From an uncultured Lachnospiraceae bacterium (lineage in GTDB: Bacteria > Bacillota > Clostridia > Lachnospirales > Lachnospiraceae): a stretch of DNA of 64,000 nucleotides. The notes below the pieces were generated by a model. It was given only the letters and a program-made list of their open reading frames with translations, did no database searches and was not told the origin of the DNA. The stretch's first letter is position 1. Each line of letters begins with the position of its first letter. Of the stretch, positions 47,401 to 56,914 are shown one piece after another. A program made the translations under genes and the position numbers. Location of the stretch: the NCBI GenBank assembly GCA_910588535.1, contig CAJUOO010000002.1, positions 47,176 through 111,175 on the forward strand. The letters are read 5' to 3'.

Positions 47401-47760
47401 CTATATCTCGTCCAATATTTTCTTTCTCTGCTCCTCGCGCTCCTCCATCGTGATGATTCCTTCATTATATAAACTGTCCAGCTTACTTAAGCGCTCCTTA
47501 ACCGTCTCCTTCTGCTCTGGCTTGCCGATATCTCTTGTCTCATCCTCTATCATAATCTCATGTGTGGCTATTCCTTTCTCAGAAAAAACATTCATTGCAT
47601 TTAAAACCGTGATAATCACTGCCACCACTGTCCAAATCAATCCAAAAATCCCCATGCTGGGAATTGCTACTAACAGCCCAAAGAAACAAAAAAATACACC
47701 CACAATCATACCTGCTATCGATTGCCCTTTCCCCGGCTTTATCCTCATATTTTTACTCAT
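47401..47760 (-). CDS. membrane protein with C-terminal SHOCT domain
   Basis: Two TM helices followed by LSKLDSLYNEGIITMEEREEQRKKIL. ATG at 47760 with SD AAGGAGGAG. Confidence 0.7.
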   Translation of the reverse strand: MSKNMRIKPGKGQSIAGMIVGVFFCFFGLLVAIPSMGIFGLIWTVVAVIITVLNAMNVFSEKGIATHEIMIEDETRDIGKPEQKETVKERLSKLDSLYNEGIITMEEREEQRKKILDEI

Positions 47761-48042
47761 ATTTTCTCCTCCTTTTCTCAAAGTATCGCAATCCTTTCGA
47801 CATATTTGTAAGAGAACCATCCTATATCTTTCAGGCAAACTCCTATCCCACAGATTACAAATCAGCTTCTCAAGCTAATAACCCAGCGCTGGCTGAACGA
47901 TATTTGTTTTTATTATAATATATTATTCCACACATGCATAGCAGATTTTTTCTTTCACTATAAGTGAAATTTTTTCCTTACCAAATTATGAGAAAATAAC
48001 AATATCATTAATTGGCACATCCTGCCGGAAATGAGGTTATAT

Positions 48043-48294
48043 ATGCAATTCAAGGATGATAGCGAGCTTTATAAAACCATCAGCCGTAACATCAAATACT
48101 ACAGGGAACATGCCAACATGACACAGGCCCGGCTCGCAGAAAAGAGCCACTTAAGCCTTAGCTACATAACTAAAATTGAAGCTTCTGGCTGTGATAAAAG
48201 CATTTCCTTATCTGCCCTGCACCAAATTGCACGGGCTCTTAACGTGGATATGACTCTTTTCTTTGAAAACCGGCATACATCACAAAAATGTTAA
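48043..48294 (+). CDS. XRE-family HTH transcriptional regulator
   Basis: Contains IKYYREHANMTQARLAEKSHLSLSYITKIE. ATG at 48043 with SD GAGG. Confidence 0.8.
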   Translation: MQFKDDSELYKTISRNIKYYREHANMTQARLAEKSHLSLSYITKIEASGCDKSISLSALHQIARALNVDMTLFFENRHTSQKC

Positions 48295-48312
48295 GCTGAT
48301 AAACATGTTGTA

Positions 48313-50208
48313 TTATTCATAATGAATAACACCCTGTGTGTATTTCCTGTCCATCTGATGTCGAAGCTTTCGGTTCTCCACTGTGTCGAAAATAATTGAA
48401 AAATCATAGTCCTCAGGATACAATTCCTCTGCCGCCACATGAAGCTTAATTCGCTTGTGGTTAATCCATATTTTTCGGTCTGGTAATTGTATGCGGAGAA
48501 CCCCTTTTTCATTTGCCGTCTGGCACACAATCCCAATCTTCCGGTCCGGCAGAACAAAAACACTGTCACCAAGCTGGAATTTGTCTGCCTCCTGTTGATG
48601 ATGTACCTTCTTCTTTTTCACAATCTTCTCCGCCGAAAGCTTCAAGAACTCGTCGCTCTCCTCACCGGGCAATGCAAGCGTATACTCCTCCCCATAAGCA
48701 GCCATAGAAGCTCTTCTAAGCATAGAGTATGGCATGCCAAGCTTTTTGGCAATATAGAACGCACAGCTCTCTCCTGCCTCTCCTATAATCATCTGATACA
48801 ATGGTTTTAAGCTATCTCTGTCAAACGTCATTCTTGCATTGAGAAGTCCACTTTCCCTCTCCGCGTACTCTTTTATCTCAGGGTAATGTGTTGTCACCAA
48901 AAACAGTGCTCCACTCTTCTTTAGTTCCTCAAGCACTGCAACCGCGATGCCCATGCCTTCCGCTGGATCCGTCCCAGAACCAAGCTCATCCAAGACCACA
49001 AGACTATCTTTTTCCACACGCCTTAAAATATCCAATATATTTGTAATATGCGCAGAAAATGTTGATAGATTTTCTGACAGATTCTGCCCATCGCCAATAT
49101 CGCAGAGAAATTGGCTGTTCATGCTGATCTGTGCCTCCTCGCATGTAACATGCAGACCACTCTGTGCCATCAAACAATTGAGCGCCACCGTCTTGATTGC
49201 CACCGTTTTTCCTCCAGTGTTTGGCCCTGTAATTACAATGCCCCGCACATCTCCACCCATCTCAAATTGAAGAGGAACACAGATCTCTCTGTCAATCAGA
49301 GGATGTCTTGCCGATTTAAGGATAATCCTTCGATCTGTTGTAATTACAGGTCTCACACCACCATACAGCAGACTTAGCTTCCCTTTTGCAAAGGCAAAAT
49401 CAAGTTTTTCTATAGTATCAATATTCTGTTCCATACTCTCTGCAGAATCTGCAACCATCGCTGTCAAAACATAAAGAATCCGCCGCTCCTCATTCTCTTC
49501 ATCCAACCGTAATCCCACCAATTCCTCATAATATTTTGCTGCTGAGGAAGGCTCCATAAACAATGTATTACCCGTGGAAGATTTATCAATCACCGTACCA
49601 GAAATCCGAAATTTATATTCTTTCTTAACTGGAATACAAATATGTCCATTTCTTATTGTACTAAAACTGTCAGACATACATTCCTTATTGGAGCGCAGTA
49701 TATTCTCTGCCTTCTCTCTCATACGCTCTGAGGTTCGCTCTATCCCCTCCCTGAGAGAGCATAAAAGCTTGGATGCATAATCATCTACTCTTCCTCCTCT
49801 TATCTGTGTGCGGATGGCATCCTTAAGCTCCTCCAACACACAGAGCCTATCCTCCTCATACGCCAGAGAAATCTCATACCCTTTGCACTTCTGAAGATAT
49901 GCTTTCAACCTTCCCACTGCTACTAATGCATTTCCAAATGTCTCCAACTGTTCTGCGCTGAGACACTCACCTCTATTAGCGGCCTTCATTAACTCCATCA
50001 TCCCCTGCAAAGACACCAGTGGTGGATTTCCTGCTCTCTCTATCAGAATCCTAGCCTCCTCCGTCTCCCTCTGCGCCGCAGCAAGCCTGCTCTCAGAAAG
50101 ATATGGTTTTAACTCTTGTATCTCCTGTTTTGCTTTCTCCGTAAGAGCTAACTCAGAAAGCTTCTCCTTTATTTTATAAAATTCTAATACTTGTTCTATC
50201 TCTATCAT
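48313..50208 (-). CDS. MutS2-family ATPase paralog lacking the Smr domain
   Basis: The N-terminus MIEIEQVLEFYKIKEKL parallels MutS2. It has Walker A GPNTGGKT, DELGSGTD and a KOW-like segment, but no HGxGxG Smr motif. The upstream 43 codons of the track ORF are discarded. Confidence 0.8.
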   Translation of the reverse strand: MIEIEQVLEFYKIKEKLSELALTEKAKQEIQELKPYLSESRLAAAQRETEEARILIERAGNPPLVSLQGMMELMKAANRGECLSAEQLETFGNALVAVGRLKAYLQKCKGYEISLAYEEDRLCVLEELKDAIRTQIRGGRVDDYASKLLCSLREGIERTSERMREKAENILRSNKECMSDSFSTIRNGHICIPVKKEYKFRISGTVIDKSSTGNTLFMEPSSAAKYYEELVGLRLDEENEERRILYVLTAMVADSAESMEQNIDTIEKLDFAFAKGKLSLLYGGVRPVITTDRRIILKSARHPLIDREICVPLQFEMGGDVRGIVITGPNTGGKTVAIKTVALNCLMAQSGLHVTCEEAQISMNSQFLCDIGDGQNLSENLSTFSAHITNILDILRRVEKDSLVVLDELGSGTDPAEGMGIAVAVLEELKKSGALFLVTTHYPEIKEYAERESGLLNARMTFDRDSLKPLYQMIIGEAGESCAFYIAKKLGMPYSMLRRASMAAYGEEYTLALPGEESDEFLKLSAEKIVKKKKVHHQQEADKFQLGDSVFVLPDRKIGIVCQTANEKGVLRIQLPDRKIWINHKRIKLHVAAEELYPEDYDFSIIFDTVENRKLRHQMDRKYTQGVIHYE

Positions 50209-50318
50209 TGTTCCAATCCTTTCTAAAAATACTAATCGAGCAGGAGAACGATCTTCTCCACTGCTCGCCGCGCGGGGCACGTGCAGCTTCTGCCAATCTC
50301 CCTGCGCGCCCCAACACA

Positions 50319-50359
50319 TAAAAAAACCATACAGCAATCACAACGTAAATGCTGCATGG
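50319..50359 (-). terminator. intrinsic terminator closing a ~300-nt leader/sRNA unit
   Basis: On the minus strand CCATGCAGCA-13 nt-TGCTGTATGG (10 bp, one G-T pair) is followed by TTTTTTTAT. Confidence 0.65.
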
Positions 50360-50556
50360 TCAAAAAAGGGCACACTAACTCCTATCTACCTGCTTTAGCA
50401 GGCATACAAATCAGGATGTGAAATTCTAATTTCACACTAGTTCCCAAAATTATTTATACACATAATAAGCATATGAGACGTTGGACCATCAGCTTTTACG
50501 CTGAAAAAAGGACATACTTCCAGCCAACTCTTGGCAGAAAACCCTTCAACAACTAT

Positions 50557-50595
50557 TTAGTTAGCTGTATTCTCCATTCTCACAATGCTTAACAT
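50557..50595 (-). other. 12-codon mini-ORF (MLSIVRMENTAN) inside the leader unit
   Basis: The ATG is preceded by AAGAAGGAGA at 10-nt spacing. It could be a leader peptide or chance. Confidence 0.25.
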
Positions 50596-50627
50596 ACTAC
50601 ACAATCTCCTTCTTTTAGACTGTTACC

Positions 50628-50656
50628 AGTATAAAAGAAAATATCTGCAAAGTCAA
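50628..50656 (-). promoter_or_regulatory. near-consensus sigma-A promoter
   Basis: On the minus strand: TTGACT, a 17-nt spacer, then TATACT, immediately after the stop of the oxidoreductase gene. Confidence 0.6.
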
Positions 50657-50666
50657 GGACTTAATA

Positions 50667-52037
50667 TTATTCTGCCTGACATTCTTTCTGTTTCAGTTCT
50701 ATCCCCTTTTTCGCTGGATTATCTACCAAGCTTCCATCCTCCTCAAATCTCGAACCATGGCAGGGACATTCCCATGTTCCTTCTTGAGGATTCCACTTCA
50801 GTGCACAACCCATATGAGAACATCTTGGAGATGTCTTGGAAAACAGCCTTATGGCTCCTTCAGAAAGCCCTTTTAAGCTCGCTCCCATATCAACGACAAA
50901 ATTCCTCGCTGACGCCACAGGGTATATGCGCTGTGGAGAAAATAGCTGCTCATAAGGATTTCTCCTGCCACATATCTCATCACTTATCAACACTGCAGCC
51001 AGCATGGCAGATGTCATTCCCCATTTCTTAAACCCTGATATCACATACCAGTATGGGCGAAATATAGAATACCTACCTATAAATGGAAAATCATCATGTG
51101 TTATGCAATCCTGTGCTGACCAACTATATTCCTCGTTGCAGCAGGGGTAATATCTCTGTGCCTTCTGTCTAAGAGCAGTATATCCACAACTTCCTTTCAG
51201 CTCTCCTGTGCGGTGTGCACCTCCCCCGATTAATAGAAAATCTTGAAAACTTCTCAAGGATATCCCATCTCGATCAGCACTGTAATACATGCCTATTAAT
51301 TTATCTGCTCCCGACATAGCCAGCACATAGCTTCTTTCCTGATGTTGACGCATAAAATAAAAGCCCGGCAGATTTACCATTGGGTAATGTGTCGCTATCA
51401 CAATATAATCCGCCTGAACCTGTGCTTGTCTGGTTATGATTGTATGTCCCTTCACAGATAAAACTTTTGTTTTTTCAAATATAGTGAGTTCCCGTGACAT
51501 TTCCTTTAGAAAACGAAGCGGCTCAAACTGAGCCTGATGCTCAAAACAGACCGCTCCCACATGCTCAAATGGCAGCTCTGTATCCGACACCAATCGGGAA
51601 GGTATGCCAAGAGAAGCTGCTGCACTCGCTTCTCTTGCAAGTAATTCTCTGTCCTCCACAGAATAAAGGTAGGATGGCAGACGCTCAAAATTACAGTCAA
51701 TCTGCTTTTCTTTGATAAACTGTTCATAAAGATCCATCGCCTGTTGATTTGCACGCCAGTAATCCAATGCCTTTTTCCTACCATATTTTCTTATCAGCTT
51801 CTCATACAACAATCCATGCTGAACTGTCAGCTTTGCTGTTGTGTTCCCCGTCTGTCCGCTGCCTATCCGCTCTGCCTCCAGCACCACCACTTTCTTTCCC
51901 TGTCGCTGTAAAAAGCAGGCTGTCAGTATTCCTGCCATGCCTGCTCCAATCACTGCCACCTCTGTAGTTAGATTCTCAAGAAGTGCTTCTCGCTCTGGTA
52001 TAATTGTATGCTCCTTCCACACTGATATTTTTTTCAT
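50667..52037 (-). CDS. FAD-dependent oxidoreductase with C-terminal Rieske [2Fe-2S] domain
   Basis: Contains the dinucleotide motif VAVIGAGMAGI and the Rieske motifs CSHMGC ... CPCHGS. The ATG at 52037 (SD GGAAGGTGAG) is preferred over the GTG at 52058. Confidence 0.85.
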   Translation of the reverse strand: MKKISVWKEHTIIPEREALLENLTTEVAVIGAGMAGILTACFLQRQGKKVVVLEAERIGSGQTGNTTAKLTVQHGLLYEKLIRKYGRKKALDYWRANQQAMDLYEQFIKEKQIDCNFERLPSYLYSVEDRELLAREASAAASLGIPSRLVSDTELPFEHVGAVCFEHQAQFEPLRFLKEMSRELTIFEKTKVLSVKGHTIITRQAQVQADYIVIATHYPMVNLPGFYFMRQHQERSYVLAMSGADKLIGMYYSADRDGISLRSFQDFLLIGGGAHRTGELKGSCGYTALRQKAQRYYPCCNEEYSWSAQDCITHDDFPFIGRYSIFRPYWYVISGFKKWGMTSAMLAAVLISDEICGRRNPYEQLFSPQRIYPVASARNFVVDMGASLKGLSEGAIRLFSKTSPRCSHMGCALKWNPQEGTWECPCHGSRFEEDGSLVDNPAKKGIELKQKECQAE

Positions 52038-52151
52038 TTTCTCACCTTCCTGCAGCACTTGCGCCCAATCTTATTTCTGTACAGTATCTCCCTTAGTTAG
52101 AAATTCATACATATAACAAAATAAAGCTCATGTGATGCAGGCAATGTAGCT

Positions 52152-53627
52152 TTAATACTTTGAAGCCTTTTTTGAAGAAGTGCTAAAAGCACACGCAAAG
52201 ATAAATATAAGAAATAAAACAGCCACTGTCATCCAAATCAACAATGTAACCGTCCCCTTTTTGGCGAACATATCATAATAACCTTTTAGGTAGATCACCA
52301 CGATAATAGCAGGAATAACATAAGACACATAATATCGAAACTTCTCAGGGAACGGAAGCCCTGTTCCCTGATTTGCCTCATTAATAAATGCCTGCCAGCC
52401 CCATCCTCTTCGGCTGGTACAAAAAAGCACATACCCAAGACTTCCCAGTGGAAGCAGATTGTTAGACACGATAAAATCCTCCAGATCCATAATAGTACTT
52501 CCACTGCCAAAAGGCATTATCCATGAGAGCAGATGGAATCCCAGCACACAGGGCATACTAAGCACAATCATCAAACCCAAACTTACAAACACACTCTTTT
52601 TTCTAGACCAGTTTAAAAGATCCATATTAAATGCCACAATATTTTCAAATACTGCAATAATGGTTGTCAGAGCAGCAAAAGTCAAAAATAAAAAAAATAA
52701 GGAACCCCACAGCCTTCCTCCTGCCATCTGAGAGAAGATGCGTGGAAGCGTGATAAATACTAGGCTTGGTCCTGCACCCGGCTCTATTCCAAAAGCAAAA
52801 CATGCTGGTATCACTATAAAGCCTGCCGTCAATGCGACAAAAGTATCTAATCCCGTGATACTAAGCGCCTCCCCTGTCAGACTCCTCTCATTTCCCAGAT
52901 AACTTCCAAAGATCAGCATGGCACCCACACCAAGCGAAAGCGTAAAAAATGCCTGACTGAGCGCTGCAAATACTACATTTCCAATCCCCTGCTCTGCCAT
53001 CTTACCAAAATCAGGAATTAAATAAAAGCGGATGCCCTCTGCAGCACCCTTTAAGAAGACAGAATGTACGGCAAGCACAACCATAATCACCAACAGCGCT
53101 GCCATCATAAATTTCGTGATCTTCTCAATTCCTTTCTGCAGACCAAACAAGCACACAGCAAAGCCAATCACACAGATAAGCACAGTCCAGAAAATCATCT
53201 CAGGAGTATTCACCAGCATTTGGTTAAAGGTATTCGTAATCTGCTCCTGTGATGCTTGATGAAATACTCCCTGCACACTTTTCACGCAGTAATTCATCAT
53301 CCAACCACCCACTGATGTGTAAAACATCATCAGCATATAACAGCCCACAATTCCTATTAGCTTCAACCTATGCCACGCCGTTCCCTCAGGCTCCAGACGC
53401 TCAAAGCTCATCACCACACTGCGACGGCTTGCCCGTCCCACCGCAAATTCACAGACAAGTACCGGAATTCCCAACAACACTAAAAAACAAAGATAAATTA
53501 ATATAAATGCTGCCCCACCATATTCACCACACATATATGGAAACTTCCACACATTTCCTATCCCGATCGCACAGCCTGCCGACACCAAGATAAAACCTAT
53601 TCTTGAACCAAACCTTTCTCTACCCAT
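52152..53627 (-). CDS. sodium-dependent transporter (NSS/SNF family)
   Basis: Contains the signature GFILVSAGCAIGIGNVWKFPY and about 11-12 TM helices. Confidence 0.9.
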   Translation of the reverse strand: MGRERFGSRIGFILVSAGCAIGIGNVWKFPYMCGEYGGAAFILIYLCFLVLLGIPVLVCEFAVGRASRRSVVMSFERLEPEGTAWHRLKLIGIVGCYMLMMFYTSVGGWMMNYCVKSVQGVFHQASQEQITNTFNQMLVNTPEMIFWTVLICVIGFAVCLFGLQKGIEKITKFMMAALLVIMVVLAVHSVFLKGAAEGIRFYLIPDFGKMAEQGIGNVVFAALSQAFFTLSLGVGAMLIFGSYLGNERSLTGEALSITGLDTFVALTAGFIVIPACFAFGIEPGAGPSLVFITLPRIFSQMAGGRLWGSLFFLFLTFAALTTIIAVFENIVAFNMDLLNWSRKKSVFVSLGLMIVLSMPCVLGFHLLSWIMPFGSGSTIMDLEDFIVSNNLLPLGSLGYVLFCTSRRGWGWQAFINEANQGTGLPFPEKFRYYVSYVIPAIIVVIYLKGYYDMFAKKGTVTLLIWMTVAVLFLIFIFACAFSTSSKKASKY

Positions 53628-53664
53628 ACGCCTCCTGTTCCTCTCTTATTATTTCTCTTTGCTA

Positions 53665-55614
53665 TCACAACTTCTGAATCTTTAAAAGCTCCTCTTGAAT
53701 CTGCCCTGATAACTCCTCCACCAGTTTGGTGCTTGCAGCAATCTGCTCTGTCGCAGCCGCAAGAGTATCCACTCTCTGATCCACCTGAAACACAAGCCCA
53801 GACAAATTTTCTGCCTGCTGTCTTAGATCTTCCATAAACTTCTTCACCTTTGCTGAAGTATCATTGGAATCCTTTGCCGCATCACGACTCGAATCTGACA
53901 GATTCTTAATCTCTCCTGCCACCACTGCAAAACCCTTACCGGCTTCACCAGCCTTCGCTGCCTCGATGGATGCATTGAGTGATAACAGCTCCGTCTCAGA
54001 AGCAATGTCAAAGATCGATTCATTATTCTTCTCAATGCTGTTTAACAAATCCGTAATATGCCCGAACGCTTCTGCCATCTGCCTGCTGTAATTATTAATA
54101 TTCTGCATATTGACCGCGATCTCTGTGCTCTCCTGCGCATTTCCCTCATTCCCCACACTCACCTCTGAAAGTGAGCTCTGCATAGACTGAAAGCTTTCTG
54201 TCACATAATCAATAATGTCCCTCACGGTATCTGCGCGCCTTATTCTCTCCTCTGTCTCCGCCTGTACCTGAGCACTGAGTTCCTTCACATGCTCCATCTC
54301 CTCCATCGCCAGATCCTTCATATAATGGATACAATTCTCTTTAAAATTAATTCCATTGTAGATCGCACACGCCATATCCCTACAACTTGCATACCCGCAC
54401 GCGGAGCAATCAACCTGCTGCTGTTCTGCTGTATGTTTACCCATCTCATCAAATATTTTTAAAATCTCTTGATTGGATACTGGTTTTCCTTTTATCTGGC
54501 TTGATTTATTAGTATAATGGCGAATAAAATCCTCCAGCCTCAGCTTCCTAAATTGAAAATTCAAAGCTGCTAATCTTCTTCTTGGCGAAAGCTTTCTGCC
54601 CCATGCACCTCCATGCTTCATGCTACTCTCGCGAATCTTCTGAATATTCATCAGAGTGTCATCACCCTTTGCTTTGCTCTCCTCAATTCCAGTGCCATAC
54701 AGGCATCCCTGAGAACAATTTAAAGCATCCACCATAAAAGGAAGCTGTTTTCCTGTATGTATTCTCTCCTGATACTCCTTCAAATACTCATACATATGCC
54801 TTTCGCCCTCTGACTGACGAACAAAGATCTCATCCCCAAGAAACCAATATATATTTTCCTTCAACCCACCGGGTGTGGGATAAATAGAGCCAAGCCCATA
54901 CTCTATCTCATCCTTCGCCAGCGCATTTCCAGACAATTTGTGTTCCTTAATATATTGTACTAAATGCTGGAATGTGACATTATAAGATACATAGCCCCCA
55001 CAATTCTGATCCATAATCTCATTCTTTTTGGCTATACAAGGACTGATAAAAGCCAGCTTATCCCTAAGCCCCATGTATTTCTTCACATAGATTGCCGCGC
55101 ACATCAAAGGACTGTGCACTGGCATCAGTCGTGACAGAAGATCAGGCATATTTTTCTCAATATAATCTACTACTGCCGGACATGGCTGAGAAATTCCGCC
55201 AAGAAAATGATGTGATTTTATATAATTCAGATATGCCCATGTTGTGATATCCGCCCCGAAAGACACACTAAAAATCCGATTAATCCCGGCATTCTTTAAA
55301 ATACCTAGATACTTCTGATACTCCGACGGATAGTTCGCCATAAAGGCTGGCGCTATCAAAAGTGAAATCTTCTCTCCCTTTTTCAAATCCTCAAAAAAGC
55401 TTTCTGTGTCATCCCTGTAGGATCTTGCATTATGCTTACAGGCATCAAAACAAGCTCCACAAGAGATACAAGCATCTCCCTCCACCTCAATCCTGCTGCT
55501 TCCATCCAAAAGCTTGACTGCATAGTTGGCGGATGGAACTGGACATACCGAAATACATTTGTTACACACAATACAATTTTCGTTAGTATAAACTAATCCC
55601 GTGTTTTTTCCCAT
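53665..55614 (-). CDS. [FeFe]-hydrogenase-like sensory domain fused to a methyl-accepting chemotaxis signalling domain
   Basis: N-terminal 2x[4Fe-4S] ferredoxin motifs (CIVCNKCISVCP, CISCGACFDAC). H-cluster-like motifs are PCP, SPCIAKKNE and CSQGC. The C-terminus has the MCP motif LLSLNASIEAAKAGEAGKGFAVVAGEI. Confidence 0.8.
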   Translation of the reverse strand: MGKNTGLVYTNENCIVCNKCISVCPVPSANYAVKLLDGSSRIEVEGDACISCGACFDACKHNARSYRDDTESFFEDLKKGEKISLLIAPAFMANYPSEYQKYLGILKNAGINRIFSVSFGADITTWAYLNYIKSHHFLGGISQPCPAVVDYIEKNMPDLLSRLMPVHSPLMCAAIYVKKYMGLRDKLAFISPCIAKKNEIMDQNCGGYVSYNVTFQHLVQYIKEHKLSGNALAKDEIEYGLGSIYPTPGGLKENIYWFLGDEIFVRQSEGERHMYEYLKEYQERIHTGKQLPFMVDALNCSQGCLYGTGIEESKAKGDDTLMNIQKIRESSMKHGGAWGRKLSPRRRLAALNFQFRKLRLEDFIRHYTNKSSQIKGKPVSNQEILKIFDEMGKHTAEQQQVDCSACGYASCRDMACAIYNGINFKENCIHYMKDLAMEEMEHVKELSAQVQAETEERIRRADTVRDIIDYVTESFQSMQSSLSEVSVGNEGNAQESTEIAVNMQNINNYSRQMAEAFGHITDLLNSIEKNNESIFDIASETELLSLNASIEAAKAGEAGKGFAVVAGEIKNLSDSSRDAAKDSNDTSAKVKKFMEDLRQQAENLSGLVFQVDQRVDTLAAATEQIAASTKLVEELSGQIQEELLKIQKL

Positions 55615-55816
55615 TCCTCATTCCCCTCTCAAGTTCTCTCAGTAATACTGCCATATAATGCTTCTCCGATCGCTTCATACAAAAATATTATAAACTCAAA
55701 CGCCAATATCATCAACAAAATTTTACAAAGAATAAAGATAAAAAATAATCCGAGCAAAAGCGTTTCTTCACAATACCAAAACCAGAGGCAAAATGGTCTG
55801 TCCATGTGGCTTTAAC

Positions 55817-55845
55817 TTGCCATTCCATCTGAAATTTGCTATACT
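55817..55845 (+). promoter_or_regulatory. sigma-A type promoter for the ABC transporter operon
   Basis: TTGCCA, a 17-nt spacer, then TATACT, about 55 nt upstream of the start codon. Confidence 0.55.
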
Positions 55846-55900
55846 CTATGTTGAAAAAACTGCTCCTGTTATAAGGTGACAATTACAGAAAGGATCGATT

Positions 55901-56914
55901 ATGCATATGTACAAGAAGCTTATTACCCTTATTTTATTGGGCTGCACCGCCCTAACCCTTTTGTCTGGCTGTTCTTCTAAGCCACAAGAAACGACACAAA
56001 GCGAAAGCACAAACGCTCCCTCACAGGTAAACGAGATCCGCATAGGCTGCATGAAGGGTCCAACCGCCATAGGTATGATCCAGTTATTATCCGAATCTGA
56101 CGCTGGCAATACAGAAAATACCTATCAGTATACTATCGCGGGAGCTGCGGATGAGCTAAGTGCTGCACTGATAAAGGGGGATCTGGATATCGCCTCCATT
56201 CCCTGCAATCTTGCGAGTGTACTATACAATAAGACAGAGGGAGAGATCTTGACAGCCGCGATCAACACTTTGGGGGTTCTCTATATTGTCGAGGGTGGCA
56301 CCTCCATCCAAACGGTCAGCGATCTTGCCGGAAAGACGCTGTACTCTACCGGTCAGGGAACCACACCAGAATACACGTTGCGCTACCTTTTGACCTGCGC
56401 AGGTCTTGATCCTGACAAGGATGTCACCATTGAGTACAAAGCGGAGGCTTCTGAGGTAGTTGCCACACTCTCTCAACACCCTGATGGTGCCGCCATGCTG
56501 CCACAACCCTTTGTCACCGCCGCCATGAATAGCAATCCCGATCTTCGCATTGCATTAGATATCACAAAAGAATGGGAGGCACTCACACAAAATACCGTTG
56601 TCACTGGTGTGATTGTAGTGCGCAAAGCCTTTCTTGAGCAAAATCCAGAGGCCTTTCACACCTTCTTGACAGAATATCAAAGCTCTGCAGAATATGCTAA
56701 CCATTCCATTGACGAGACAGCCGCACTCTTAGAAAAATATGATGTTTTTAAGGCTGCCATAGCCAAAAAAGCTATTCCATATTGTAATGTCGTCTTTCTG
56801 ACAGGAAAAGAAATGAAGGAACATACAACTGCCTACCTTCAAGTTTTATATGATCAGAATCCGTCTTCTATAGGCGGCAGCTTAAAAGAGGAGATGTTCT
56901 ATCTTGAAGAATAA
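55901..56914 (+). CDS. ABC transporter substrate-binding lipoprotein (NMT1/THI5-, NitT/TauT-type)
   Basis: It has a lipobox (LLSGCSS) and the overall SsuA/THI5-like pattern. Confidence 0.75.
   Translation: MHMYKKLITLILLGCTALTLLSGCSSKPQETTQSESTNAPSQVNEIRIGCMKGPTAIGMIQLLSESDAGNTENTYQYTIAGAADELSAALIKGDLDIASIPCNLASVLYNKTEGEILTAAINTLGVLYIVEGGTSIQTVSDLAGKTLYSTGQGTTPEYTLRYLLTCAGLDPDKDVTIEYKAEASEVVATLSQHPDGAAMLPQPFVTAAMNSNPDLRIALDITKEWEALTQNTVVTGVIVVRKAFLEQNPEAFHTFLTEYQSSAEYANHSIDETAALLEKYDVFKAAIAKKAIPYCNVVFLTGKEMKEHTTAYLQVLYDQNPSSIGGSLKEEMFYLEE

Noticed and set aside
50209-50666. Checked whether this structured non-coding unit is SRP RNA, 6S RNA, RNase P RNA, tmRNA or a T-box leader.
   Set aside because: None of the diagnostic motifs is present: GGAAGCAGCC-type helix 8, GAGGAAAGTCC, a tRNA-like end with GGTTCGA, or the T-box GGTGGTACCGCG. 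It is therefore reported as unknown.
55615-55900. Expected a TPP (or other) riboswitch upstream of the NMT1/THI5-like ABC transporter.
   Set aside because: No CTGAGA / ACCTGATCTGGATAATGCCAGCG-like elements are present. The promoter-to-start distance (~55 nt) is too short for a riboswitch.
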